Of a stretch of DNA of 35,830 nt, positions 1 to 11,992 are shown piece by piece. The stretch comes from Octopus bimaculoides (Eukaryota), in assembly GCF_001194135.2 (NCBI RefSeq), contig NC_068986.1:53802872-53838701 (forward strand). Direction: 5' to 3'. Made by a program: the position numbers and the translations under genes. The notes beneath the pieces were generated by a model. The model saw only the letters and a program-made list of their open reading frames with translations, had not been told where the DNA came from and ran no database searches. Positions within the stretch are counted from its first letter, which is position 1. Every line of letters starts with the position of its first letter.

Positions 1-184
1 TCGTAATACGGGTGGCTAGGATGTAGCCAACACTGCCAGATATTTTGAGCATCTCTGCAGTGATTCCTGATGGGCCGGGGGCTTTCCCTGTCTTCATACT
101 CTTAATTGCTTTATTTACCCTGGTACTATCAACTCGGATAGCTGGTCCCTCTATTGGGTCGACATACGGCAGGCTCTCTTCCTC
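1..184 (-). mobile_element. RTE-clade LINE ORF fragment, 5' truncated, continues off the window edge
   Basis: Open translation EEESLPYVDPIEGPAIRVDSTRVNKAIKSMKTGKAPGPSGITAEMLKISG, the KAPGPxG motif preceding non-LTR RT; homologous to 6590-6771. Confidence 0.85.
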
Positions 185-1559
185 CCAATATATATATATA
201 CATATATGTGTGTAGAGTGTTAGGTGCGATGTACAGAATTAAATATTGAAAAAAAAGGTCGTCAGAATTTTGGAATAACTTTTTTCATTTATTTTATGCA
301 TATATTAGCGCTTAAAATTAAAATTTCAATGTAGTAAGTACCCTTGATTAAAATAATAGTGACATGCAATCCTGAAAAGTAGTGTCACCCAATTTGGTAA
401 CTCTGAATTAGATATACCATGGATGGTGCTAACCCTTTTTGGGCACCCAATCTCTGCAGTGAACCACAATACAAAGAACAGTGCACTTCACCAGATGTGT
501 AAACCACACCCATATATTAATTATATAGAACAAAATGAGACATGTAATTGGAATTGGTTTGTTGCTGTTTCAAACTTCATTCTTCAGTCCCCACTACTAC
601 ATGAAATATCTCCTCCAGAAACATATATAACACTTCGGACTACTACTAGAACAACATCCTCAAAATACTCTCTCTTGTTCAGACAAGATAAACATTAGTA
701 CACATGCTTACAGAAATAGCTGCAGCATCAATAGCTTCACTGTCTTCCATCCAAACATGTTGCTCATTTTCACACCATCAATGGTGTTTGCTGAAGAACA
801 AGCAGCTCTCGCACTCCAGCTGAGTCCACTCTACTTACCTCCACTGTAGTCAGCACAAGAATCAGATATATAGCAAGCAAGCCAATGAGAGTGCCTCTGC
901 CTGGTCACTTGGCCTGCTAAAAATAGCAGCCAAATCTTACTCAATTCACTCGACAATTTATAAAAAGGACATGTAATAAGGTTTTGGATTCAATGAACAT
1001 GGGAGGAAAACCAGGATAGCCATAGGTGGAATACCTTTGATTATAGATCTGCTCAATCAGAGTTGACCTGGGGCTAAATAAATGTATAGAGACTAATTGA
1101 ACAGTGGAGAGTCTACATGTCCAAACTATATCTCTGCACTCTGTATAATTAACTACTGAATCTAGGAGTTCCCTGTGTGGCCCTCAGTTAAACAGATTCT
1201 TGGTATGTATACAAAATAAGAGTTTTGTGAGTTATGCCTTGTTGTTTGGCTGACGACTGAGACTCCACAATAACAATTGCTAGAAATTATTTACTTCAGA
1301 TATACCATTTGCACTGATGCAAATGAAGTAGTCATCATCATCGAGTGTACCTTAGCCTTCAAGGACCAATGACATCTTGCATTTGTAAGATTTGGGGTTA
1401 ATAGTCTGTTTGGCACAACTCTGCAACAGATGGAGCTTCTTTTCAGCTGAACCAATTGAAACAACATGAAATTAAGTACTTTGCCAAAGAATGCATATAG
1501 TCCAAGAATTAAATCTGTGGCCTTCAAATCATAAGTCAATAACCTAACCACTAGATTAA

Positions 1560-1849
1560 CCCATTACCTCCCATAATTCTATTAACTGGAATTTTTTTAT
1601 GAAACTTTGATTTCTAGCATAAAACAGCCTTAGAAACACGCTGGAGTGATCAAAATAATATTTCAAAATAACATTTTATATAGAAATAAGCGAGATATTG
1701 GGTGAAAAATTAGCAAACCTCATTTGAATATCAGAGAAATATACCTAGAAGATATAGCAAAAAGGTTAGATATGTGTAAATATTGACAGATAATTACGAA
1801 ATTTGTAATTTTTAAGTGATCTCATATGAGATCACTGGTAGGAAATGGG
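1560..1849. mobile_element. piggyBac-type MITE
   Basis: TTAA on both sides (1556-1559, 1850-1853); termini CCCATTACCT / AGGAAATGGG. Confidence 0.75.
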
Positions 1850-2385
1850 TTAAGTGCTTTCATGAAAGGAAGTAGTATGAATAGTCAAAGAACAAAGACT
1901 TTTAATCAGGAATTGGAATTTTAAGATGGATTTTATAGGGAGGGAGGTAATTTATTTTCATTTTTGCAGTTTAAAATTTCAAATTCAATAAACTGATATC
2001 NNNNNNNNNNNNNNNNNNNNNNNNNNNNNNNNNNNNNNNNNNNNNNNNNNNNNNNNNNNNNNNNNNNNNNNNNNNNNNNNNNNNNNNNNNNNNNNNNNNN
2101 NNNNNNNNNNNNNNNNNNNNNNNNNNNNNNNNNNNNNNNNNNNNNNNNNNNNNNNNNNNNNNNNNNNNNNNNNNNNNNNNNNNNNNNNNNNNNNNNNNNN
2201 NNNNNNNNNNNNNNNNNNNNNNNNTATGTCACATCATGTGCAGTTACTGTATCTGGAGTTCAATCAAAGTAAATTTCTTTTTGGCTATTTTAGTATAATT
2301 CTCCAAGGACTAGACATTTCAGAAACACTCAATTACATTATTTAGAAAAATATCAAATTAAAGTTAGATAAATATAGTAATTTAA

Positions 2386-2590
2386 CCCTTTAGCATTTAA
2401 ACCGGCCAAAAGTATTCTGCCTGTTTTATGTTCAAACTGGCCAGATCTGGTCTCTTACACCAACCCTACAATATTGTTTTAAAAATTAACAGCTACCTCA
2501 TCAAAATCTCATAGCTACAAGATAATGTATGATTAGTTCAAAACAATGAAAAAGCATTAATTTTGGCAGAATAATGCAAACACTAAAGGG
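2386..2590. mobile_element. piggyBac-type MITE, second family
   Basis: TTAA on both sides (2382-2385, 2591-2594); termini CCCTTTAG / CTAAAGGG; a partial inverted copy lies at about 34038-34097. Confidence 0.8.
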
Positions 2591-3436
2591 TTAAGCATAT
2601 CAGTAGCATGCAATGCTCTTTTATCTTGTGTATCTTTTTATGTTCTTTCTATTTGATGTAGCTTTTTAACACTTAATAATAACCAAATACTACTGAAATA
2701 TTAGTGGTGATATGTCTAACTTGAAACAGATCAATCACTGACCCAGTGTATACCCCAAGGCAAAAAGAACAAGGGAGTGTCTGTACAACTTAGAAGAGGT
2801 GGAAGAATACAAAGATGGTTTTCCAGATATTTTTCACAAGATGCCATCTTGTTGATCAGATATCGACAAGTTCACCATACCTACCTGGATATTCAGAATA
2901 TAAAGAATCTAAACAAATACAACAAATCACTTTGTTTGAAGATCTAAACAGTTCTACTCTGGACTGGTACTTTATTTTATCAAAATACCTGGAAAGATGA
3001 AAGAAATAGATGACTTTGATGATAGGATTTGAACTTGGAACATAAACAGCTGGTACAAATAAGGCCAAGTCATATTGTCCAGCATTCTAATGATTCAGCT
3101 AATTTGCCATCTTTTTCAAATTTCACACTAATTTTACATCTTTCTCTGACTCATATGTTTCATTCATTTTACATGTTTACCCTCTTGGCAAGGATTGGAC
3201 AGGTTGTAGCTGGGACCAGATCAGTTCTTATTGGGAGTTACCACCCTCTTTAGATGAACTGGAAGACCACATGTGGCTTGTACATTTGACTATTGGCCTG
3301 GATTCTATAGCTGGATGCTCATCTTATAATCAACCATTTTACAGAATGTACTGGGTGCATTTTATTATGGTACCAGAATTAGGTCATCATGTCTTCAATA
3401 GAACTAAAGCCACATCACTCATTCATCAACCATACA

Positions 3437-3473
<37 letters not shown>

Positions 3474-3845
3474 NNNNNNNNNNNNNNNNNNNNNNNNNNN
3501 NNNNNNNNNNNNNNNNNNNNNNNNNNNNNNNNNNNNNNNNNNNNNNNNNNNNNNNNNNNNNNNNNNNNNNNNNNNNNNNNNNNNNNNNNNNNNNNNNNNN
3601 NNNNNNNNNNNNNNNNNNNNNNNNNNNNNNNNNNNNNNNNNNNNNNNNNNNNNNNNNNNNNNNNNNNNNNNNNNNNNNNNNNNNNNNNNNNNNNNNNNNN
3701 NNNNNNNNNNNNNNNNNNNNNNNNNNNNNNNNNNNNNNNNNNNNNNNNNNNNNNNNNNNNNNNNNNNNNNNNNNNNNNNNNNNNNNNNNNNNNNNNNNNN
3801 NNNNNNNNNNNNNNNNNNNNNNNNNNNNNNNNNNNNNNNNNNNNN

Positions 3846-3902
<57 letters not shown>

Positions 3903-3907
3903 TATAC

Positions 3908-3938
<31 letters not shown>

Positions 3939-3947
3939 AATATATAT

Positions 3948-4240
3948 GATGGACTCTCCCGTTGTTAGATGACGTATGAGGGTTTGACAATTTCTTGCCA
4001 AACAACCACACAGATGATTTGATTACAGTGATCAAATGTTTGTGGAGACATAAGCTCACTCCCTCCATCAGGCCAACATTACCTGTACAGGTTCCACATG
4101 TCAGATGTTGAAATGACTGCAGAACAACGTGAAATGAAGTGCTTTGCTCAAGAACACAACACAATGTCCAGTCTGGGAATCTAACCCACAATCTCGCAAT
4201 TGTGAGTGCAACACCTTAACCACTAAGCCATGCGCCTTCA
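3948..4240 (-). mobile_element. SINE-C (tRNA-like head ggcgcatggcttagtggtt, CORE-like)
   Basis: A-box tggcttagtgg, tgttcttgagcaaagcacttc; a head-only copy lies at 33976-34020 (+). Confidence 0.7.
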
Positions 4241-4286
4241 CATATATAAATAAATATATATAAGATAGATAGATGTGTGTTTATGT

Positions 4287-4712
4287 ATCATCATCATCAT
4301 TTTAACATCCAGTTTTCAATGCTTGCAGGTGTCAGACAGATTTTCTACGGCCAGATCTCCTTCCTGTTGCCAACCCCCACCTGTTTCCAAAGATGGTAAT
4401 ATTTCTCCATGGCCAGATATGTTTACACAGAATATTGGAAATGAATGGCTCTACTTGCATATCAGCAAGTCATTCACAACTGTCATGCCATATTAAGACA
4501 AAGAGACACAGATACACACACCTATAAATATATGTACATGATGGGCTTCTTTCAGTTTCCATCAACCAGATCCAGATCCACTTACAAGGCTTCAGTTGGC
4601 CTGGAGCTATAGTAGAACACCCACCCACTCTCAATGTGCCATGCACTGAAACTGAACCTCAAACCATGTGGCTGGAAAGCAAATTTCTTAATCATACAGT
4701 CATGTCTGTGCT
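4287..4712 (-). mobile_element. SINE-A with a different 3' module ending in (GAT)n
   Basis: 4540-4712 is the reverse complement of the head; 4287-4510 ends ttaaaatgatgatgatgat on the minus strand. Confidence 0.65.
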
Positions 4713-4742
4713 TATAGCTACATCTACATGCCTGTAGCCAGT

Positions 4743-6775
4743 ATCATTTAACATCTGCCTTCCATGCTGGCATGGGTTGGACTGTTCGATAGGAGCTGGC
4801 AAGTCTGATGACTGTACCAAGCTCTACTGTCTGCTTTGGCATTGTTTCTTTGACTGGATGCCCTTCCTAACACTAACCACTTTACAGGGTACTTTTGATG
4901 TGGCCTCCATCACCAGCAAGGTCACCAAGTAACTTGCAACAGAAGAACCCTCAACTAGGAGGTAGAGGAATAATTATTGAGAGGTGGCTTTGTGCCAGGT
5001 GATGAAAAGTTAGTATATGATAGAGGGACTATAAAAGAAGTTTTGCTGTAGAGGAGATATATGGCTGTTCCAATTGAAAAAAGAGGGAGAAAGACAAGAT
5101 GGTGAGGATGTGTTAAGACAAACCTTTAAGTTACATGGTGTGGTAGTATATAAAGTGATAAAGAAGATTGGATAGGGTGAGTGAGCAGGTAAGTTTGCAA
5201 GAGAAGAGAGGAATGCAGTGTGTGGTGAACATGGGTGGAGGAAGAAGGGTTCTTGATGAGAATTTTGTCAAGGACATAGACATAAATGAATGCCTTTTAG
5301 GAGCTCAGTTTTACTTAGGTGGACTGTCTGCTCAAGCACAGCAAATTGCCAATCATTTCAATTCTTTGTCATCTCTTCTCTGATGTTCAGCATCTGAAGG
5401 TTATTTTTCACCACTTTGTTCCAAGTTTTCCTCTTCCATGGTTTCCATCCACATTTCGCACTTCTTTTAAGCAGCTGTCCTCATTGATACACACCACATG
5501 ACCATACCAGTGCAGCTTTCTCGCTTGTCCACTACTTCTGATACATTTTATGCCAATTTTTCTTTTACTACATTTACATTTTGTCATATATTGTATACCT
5601 AGCAGAACATGCTAGCTTCATTCTTTCAAGCCTTTACGTCTTCTGTATTCACAGCTCACATTTCTTTCAGAGATGCCCTTTATTGCCAGCAGAGGTAATA
5701 GTTTTCTGCACCTTCTCTAGCCAGTTCTTATTCTAGCAACTACACTTTCAGAGTACCTTCCTCCAGTGCTAATTAGGTCACCAAGGTATCACAAACTGTC
5801 TACTACCTCTAAAGATTCCCTAAAGCATATGAGAAAACCTATTTCCTGTGTCTTCTTAGTATTTACTGTTTTTGCACATGTGCCACATATACTATTTTCT
5901 CTTTTAACCTCTCACTGTACCTCTAATGTGTCCATATCTTGCGCTGGTACAATGTACAGAATTTCTACTTACATCTTTTTCTACACATTGAGCAAAACCA
6001 TCTTCCTGAAAGGATTAGCAATTTGTCAGTTTTCCTACTTCTGCTTCCACATCTGAAATTTCTTCTCTAATTCTACTATAGATTCAGCTTTAAGAATAAG
6101 GTCATCAGCATAGAGAAGCTTCCATAGGTAACCAGTCTTAAACTCTTCCATCATGACTTAGAGGACTATGATAAATATGATGGGGCTGAGAATTGAGCCC
6201 TGATGAACTCCTACCTGCTAAGTAAATTCATTGCTCTACTCATCTTACTGCACTCCTGTACATGGCTTGGACAGCTCTCACCAGCCATTCAAGTATCTCT
6301 AGCTTCCATAGTAACTACCAGATGAGAGAGCAAGGGACCCTGTCAAAGATTTTCTCTAAGTTGACAAATGGGAAGTATGGAGGTTTATTTTTGGTTAAAT
6401 GCTTCCCCTACAGTTGTCTTACAAAAAATGGTAGCATCAGCAGTGCTTCTCTATGGCACAAAACTAAACTGCATCTCATTCAGGCTAATTCTTTCATAAT
6501 TAGTTGAGCTATGATCCTTTCTGTAACTTTCCTTTGTAGCAGTTGACTATAATGCTTCAATACCAGTCATTGAGTATGATACCTTCCTGGACAATCTGAT
6601 TATACAGGTGATTAAGTTGTGTCCCACTCCACCAGATATTTTAAGCATCTTGGTAGTAACTCCTGATGGACCAGGGACTTTCTTTGTCTTCATATGCTTA
6701 ATTGCTTTATCTATCAAACTGCTGTCAACTTTGATAGCTGGGTCCACACGAGGAAGACTCTCCTTCCCCAAGAAG
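4743..6775 (-). mobile_element. Decayed RTE-clade LINE (RT, C-terminal region, probable 3' UTR)
   Basis: Minus-strand motifs KVPGPSG (about 6670), GVHQGSILSP (about 6182-6211), LLYADDL (YADD 6112-6101), LHWYGHV (about 5495); many stops/frameshifts. The 3' UTR extent is inferred. Confidence 0.88.
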
Positions 6776-6862
6776 ATGCTTGACCAAAGTACTGCAACAT
6801 GAGATTGAAACCAAAACCACGTGGTTGCAAAACAAATTTCTTAAAAACACAGCCATGGCTTG
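6776..6862 (-). mobile_element. Truncated SINE-A head (tRNA-like plus CORE-like) abutting the RTE 5' end
   Basis: Reverse complement (ggctgtg...aaccacgtggttttggtttcaatc...tactttggtcaagcatcttct) aligns by eye to the heads at 26588 and 33040. Confidence 0.6.
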
Positions 6863-7017
6863 AATTTGTTCTTTTTATTTTTAATTTATCCCAAATTTAA
6901 TTCACATATCCAGTTATAATATGTGAATTATAACTGGAAAAAAATAAATAAATAAAATTATGATAAGAATGATGGTAGAATAAAAATACAACAATCAAAA
7001 CTTACTTGAAAAAACTT

Positions 7018-7048
<31 letters not shown>

Positions 7049-8247
7049 ATGTAAACAGTATCATATAACTGATATTATTTCCAACATTTTTTTATCTCAA
7101 AACAGAAATACTAAATACTAGAATAATAAATTTCTATCAGAATTTTAAACTGTTAACTTTATTTGCATTAAATGTATTCATTTTAAAGTAAAGACTTTGC
7201 AATTTGAATTGAATGAAAAAAATTCATAATTTTGTGATTATTATTATTGTCATCATCATTATTTTAGATTATTTTTAATCTGACAGTATTTTGGTTNNNN
7301 NNNNNNNNNNNNNNNNNNNNNNNNNNNNNNNNNNNNNNNNNNNNNNNNNNNNNNNNNNNNNNNNNNNNNNNNNNNNNNNNNNNNNNNNNNNNNNNNNNNN
7401 NNNNNNNNNNNNNNNNNNNNNNNNNNNNNNNNNNNNNNNNNNNNNNNNNNNNNNNNNNNNNNNNNNNNNNNNNNNNNNNNNNNNNNNNNNNNNNNNNATC
7501 AGGTAGTTAGTGTTTTTTCTTGTTTTAAATTAAAATTTCATCCCCAACCAATATAAACAAGTACTTTTATTTTTTTATTATTATTATTTTTTCAATTATT
7601 TACAAAAGTCCTCCAAAAAACGGAGAAAATATTTTGTATTTTTTTTTGTTTTCTTTGGATGGAATCATTAGCTTCATCTTTTAATATTCTGAACTCTTTC
7701 AACCCAAAGAATTTTTTTCTTGGTTGCCTTAATAACTCAGTTGCTTATTATACAATTTCTAAATCAATAAATATAGTTTTGTTTTAGATAATTGACACCA
7801 CTCAATTAGAATGTCTTCCACATATTCTGGTACAAAATATAAATGAAAAAAAAAAAAAGGTTTTATCGAAGTTGAAGTTAAAAAAAAAAATCAAAAATAG
7901 CAATAACTGGAAGGAATTATAACAGACATTAATAACCGGGAATATAGAACAAGAGTTCCAGGTTCTTCCAGTCTTTGGAAATGCAGCAGTGCTAATATAT
8001 CAATTAGGTGTATTTGATAAAGAATGAGTTAAATTAATAAATAAGAATTAAATTCATTTTGTATACAGATAGTGAAAGATGCATTTTACTCTCTAGGTGA
8101 AAGAGTTTCTTGGCAACATTTCAAACAGTATGTGTGTGTGTTATGTCGTGCATTCTGAAATTATCCTCTGTGAATAAATGTGACAGAGAGTGAAAGAGTT
8201 TCTTAAATAAAAAAATTGCACCCATATCAAAGGATAATTGTTTCTGG

Positions 8248-8463
8248 TTTAGGCACAAGGCCAACAATCTTAAAAGGAGTGAGTTAGTCGATTATATCAA
8301 CCTCAGTATTTTACTGGTATTATCAATACTTTATCAACTCCAAAAGGATGAAAGGCAAAGTTTATCATGGTGAAATTTGAACTCAGAATATAAAGAGTGG
8401 GACAAATATCACAAACCATTTTTTTTTTTCTGTTGCTCTAATGATTTTGCAAGTTCACTGCCC
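8248..8463 (-). mobile_element. Diverged SINE-B copy
   Basis: cacaaggcc..ggatgaaaggcaaag..tttgaactcagaat. Confidence 0.7.
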
Positions 8464-9456
8464 ACATTCATATTAAAGGATAACAAGAAATATCTCATAT
8501 TAAAAGTAACAAACATATTGCAGTTTTTCTTTAACAATAAGAAGAAAACATTTCCTTCACAAGTTTTTTTTTTTTTTTAACTTTCATGATTAGAATTTTG
8601 AAAAGGTAATCTTTTTCTTAAATATTTATCACGTGAATATAATGGAATTGGTTTTAAAAAAAGCTCATAAAAATGGCATCAACAAAGAACTAGTTACTTC
8701 AGTAACTGTTCTTACAACCAACTTTGATAAATTGAAAGAATTTATTCTTAAATTCTCATGAAGTTGGAGGGGATGGTTAACTGAACAAAAAACACTAAAA
8801 TAAAAAAATGCTCCAGCATTACCACAGCCGTAGGGCTGAAATGTATAAAAGAATAAAATGAATAAAAGCTGAAGTTCAGAAAATAAGCAGTTTAACAATC
8901 AGCAGTTAAAATCCATATCTAATGGTCAATTATTGATCTTTAAAATTGTAGCTAGAAATGCAAATACAAAATTCTAAAGAAGGATTACATTTATAATTTT
9001 GAATATTCAACACTGTTTTTTTAACTTATTTAAACATATGTGCAGCTAATCATGATTTTTCAAAAATAAGATTACACTCTTTTCTAGATTTTATTTTATG
9101 TTGAAATTAAAATAATTTTAAATGCTAGTGACTCAAACAAAAAATAAATAAAGTTCTGGTCAACTTTATAGGGTTACATTACAAGAAATAATGTAATTAC
9201 TAAAATTTCCAGCCTAATAATGTATGAAGTTAAATTTAAAATTTAAAAACTTTTATACCATCTTTAACTCCCTGCTGAAATTATATACATTTATAATTAT
9301 AATTTCTCAAAATTGGAGCTATCTTACTTGTTATAGTTATTTCATATTTAAAGTTAAAATAAAGTTTTAAAAAATGTCAAAAACAGAATTGAAAAAAAAT
9401 TATACAAAATCATGTTACAGGCCACCTACTCCAGTGACATAAATATTAGTTTCAAA

Positions 9457-9644
9457 TTTTGGTACAAGGCCTGTAATTTTGGGGGAAAGGGTAAGTTGAT
9501 GTCATCAACCCCAGTGTTCAACTGGTACTTATTTTATCGACCCTGAAAGGATGAAAGGTAAAGTCGAACTCAGAATGTAAAGCTGGATGAAATGCCACTA
9601 AGCATTTTTGCCTGACATGCTAACAACTCTGCCAGCTCACTGCT
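9457..9644 (-). mobile_element. SINE-B copy just 3' of the bZIP stop, CpG-decayed
   Basis: Aligns to 29004-29194 with CG to TG/CA changes. Confidence 0.85.
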
Positions 9645-9887
9645 TTGGGTAACATAAATATTTTATAGGTGCATTATTCATGATGGTCACAATTTTTGTA
9701 TAAGCACTAGAATGCAATCAGTAATAATAACATGATATCAAATTCTTACATAGTTATATGAAAGAAATGAAAATTTGTGATGTTTAACCTTCTCCCAACT
9801 GATACACAAAAACATTCAGTATATCTAAAACATCAACAACGTTTTAGTAAGTAAAATCATTATTTACTTTCAAGTCCTTCCAGATAT

Positions 9888-10832
9888 TTACATCAATGCT
9901 TTTACTAATTCTGCTTTTGTCTTTTCCAAACATTCCTCAAGATCTTTGACTTTCAGCTTCAAATTTTCATTTTTTATACCAAGTTCTTCCAGTTCCTTCA
10001 AATCACTTTGATTCTTTTTCTTACGATTCTCTCTTGATTTGCGTGATGCTATATTATTTCGTCTTCTCCTTTCATTATATTTCTCAATTGCAGACATTTC
10101 ACCAGCTGTGAGAGATGATGTTGTCATTTGTCTATTGCTTACAGATATTTGGGCTGTATTGGAGATTTCACCTGCTAGACGAAGCTTCTTATTAGGACTA
10201 CAGTTGTGGTTTTCAACAGTTGTTGTTGTGGATGATGATGATGATGATGTACCTACTACATGACTGTTATTCAGTAATAATGAATGAGGTAGAGTGTAGC
10301 TCTGCCTCTTAAATGTAACTTTATTCTCAGGCACCTGTTTCAGGCATACTTTTTGTGAGTTTTGATGGGTTGAGGTAATTTGTTTCTTACCTTGTTCAGG
10401 AAAAACCTCAAGAATTTCATTTGTTGGAGGATAAGTCTTTGAATTCTGATCTATCATAGGGCAAGTCTTTATATTCTGATTTAACCCTGTATAAAGACTT
10501 GGTTTCTCATCTACTGTTGGGTAAATTTTCAGCTTTTCTTCTGCATCAGGGAAAGCAATATAACCAATTGGTTCAGAGTAAACTTCTAGGAGAGGGTCAA
10601 TTTCAGATGTATCACTTAGTTTCTGGTTTGTCTCCTGGTAAAACTCCAGCTTTTGATCATCTAAAGGTGACAAAATTTCCAGCATCTTATCTAATTCAGA
10701 GTAATGCTCATACAGTGGCTCTGATTCCAAGAGAGATGTTTGCGAATCAAGTAGGAGATCTGAATCAAAAGAAGTTTCTGTAGAACCTACACCTTGTGCA
10801 ATATTCTCATCCAAATACTTTTGGGAAGAATC
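9888..10832 (-). CDS. bZIP transcription factor (C/EBP/PAR-like), last coding exon with basic region and leucine zipper
   Basis: ORF ends KYNERRRRNNIASRKSRENRKKK..L278..L285..L292 (numbering from the 10814 ORF): N-x7-R basic motif, Tyr 7 residues before the invariant Asn, first zipper Leu 17 residues after the Arg, Asn at heptad a282. Acceptor ttttgtag|GAT at 10833-10834, phase 0; stop TAA 9890-9888. Confidence 0.93.
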   Translation of the reverse strand, partial: DSSQKYLDENIAQGVGSTETSFDSDLLLDSQTSLLESEPLYEHYSELDKMLEILSPLDDQKLEFYQETNQKLSDTSEIDPLLEVYSEPIGYIAFPDAEEKLKIYPTVDEKPSLYTGLNQNIKTCPMIDQNSKTYPPTNEILEVFPEQGKKQITSTHQNSQKVCLKQVPENKVTFKRQSYTLPHSLLLNNSHVVGTSSSSSSTTTTVENHNCSPNKKLRLAGEISNTAQISVSNRQMTTSSLTAGEMSAIEKYNERRRRNNIASRKSRENRKKKNQSDLKELEELGIKNENLKLKVKDLEECLEKTKAELVKALM

Positions 10833-11789
10833 CTACAAAAATATTAAAAAAAAACAATATTTTGATTGATATTAAAGGATGACAAAGATGTCATAAAAAA
10901 TTATATAAATAAAATAAGGAATGTTATTTTCATTATAACTGACTCAGCCAAAAAAAATATGTACCAACAAGACACAGACTTTGCATACTGCATCACATTA
11001 TAACACTCTAGGAAGGTAGCACCTTCAAGTAACAACTGATACAAAATAGTGGAGACTCTTTTATCTAGTTACATTGGACAAGTTCTCTAGAGTCAGTGCA
11101 CAAAATACATGCTGTGAAATAGTTGTTGAGTAGAAGGGCTTCTGGTCCCAGAAACCACAACATTCAAATAAGACATGCACTCCACAAGTTGCATTGCAGG
11201 TTACCTAACTTGGGAGGGCAGTAACTTAAAATAAGGACTGCAAATGAAGTCTCTAGTTCAGTTACAAGAATAACATGTAATCAGGCTACACTATAAGAAA
11301 TATGCAACAACAAAGTTGGCCAGTTTCTCTACTGATGCATGTGTTGGATGACATGGAAAATAACAGGTTATGAGACCCAGCCAACCCATGTCAGTTTGGA
11401 AAAAATGGAAAGATGATGATGATGATTATGGTGGTGGTAGTGGTGGTGATGATATAGAATAACTTATTAGAACCACAGATAGAGTGGAAATTATATCGAG
11501 TGCCACAATCAGGTAACTGAAATCAGTAAGAGTAAAAATATAATGGTATTTAACACTCACTACTTTGTTCATAAAAACCACTTGTAAAATATTATAAATG
11601 TGCCCACATAGCATTACATGACTTTGCAATCACAGTAATGAACAAGTCTGTTATATAAAATTCAAAGCTATTTCCTCATGTCTATTTATAACCTATTGAA
11701 TGAAATTAGGTCTCAAAGAATACAAACTAAACAAAAGGTACAAAAATTTGTTTATATATTTATTTCTCATAGCTGAATATTCCACACAT

Positions 11790-11992
11790 TGACTCAAGGC
11801 CACAAATTTTAATAGGAGGGTGGAGATGATTAAATCAATCCTCAGCAGTTGACTGGTACTCATTATCTCAAGCTCAGAGTGATGAGCAGTAAAGTAAAAC
11901 CCAGGCAAGATTTGATCTCAAAGGGCCAGGGATATTAAATACTGTATGTTTTTAAGGTGCACATTCGCTAACCAACAAAAAAAATTCCGCCT
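11790..11992 (-). mobile_element. Diverged SINE-B copy in the last bZIP intron
   Basis: tcaaggcc..gactggtact..aggcaagatttgatctca. Confidence 0.6.

Noticed and set aside
556-592. Minus-strand CUGAAGA...GAAACAGCA hammerhead-like string
   Set aside because: No credible stem II and no GUH site.
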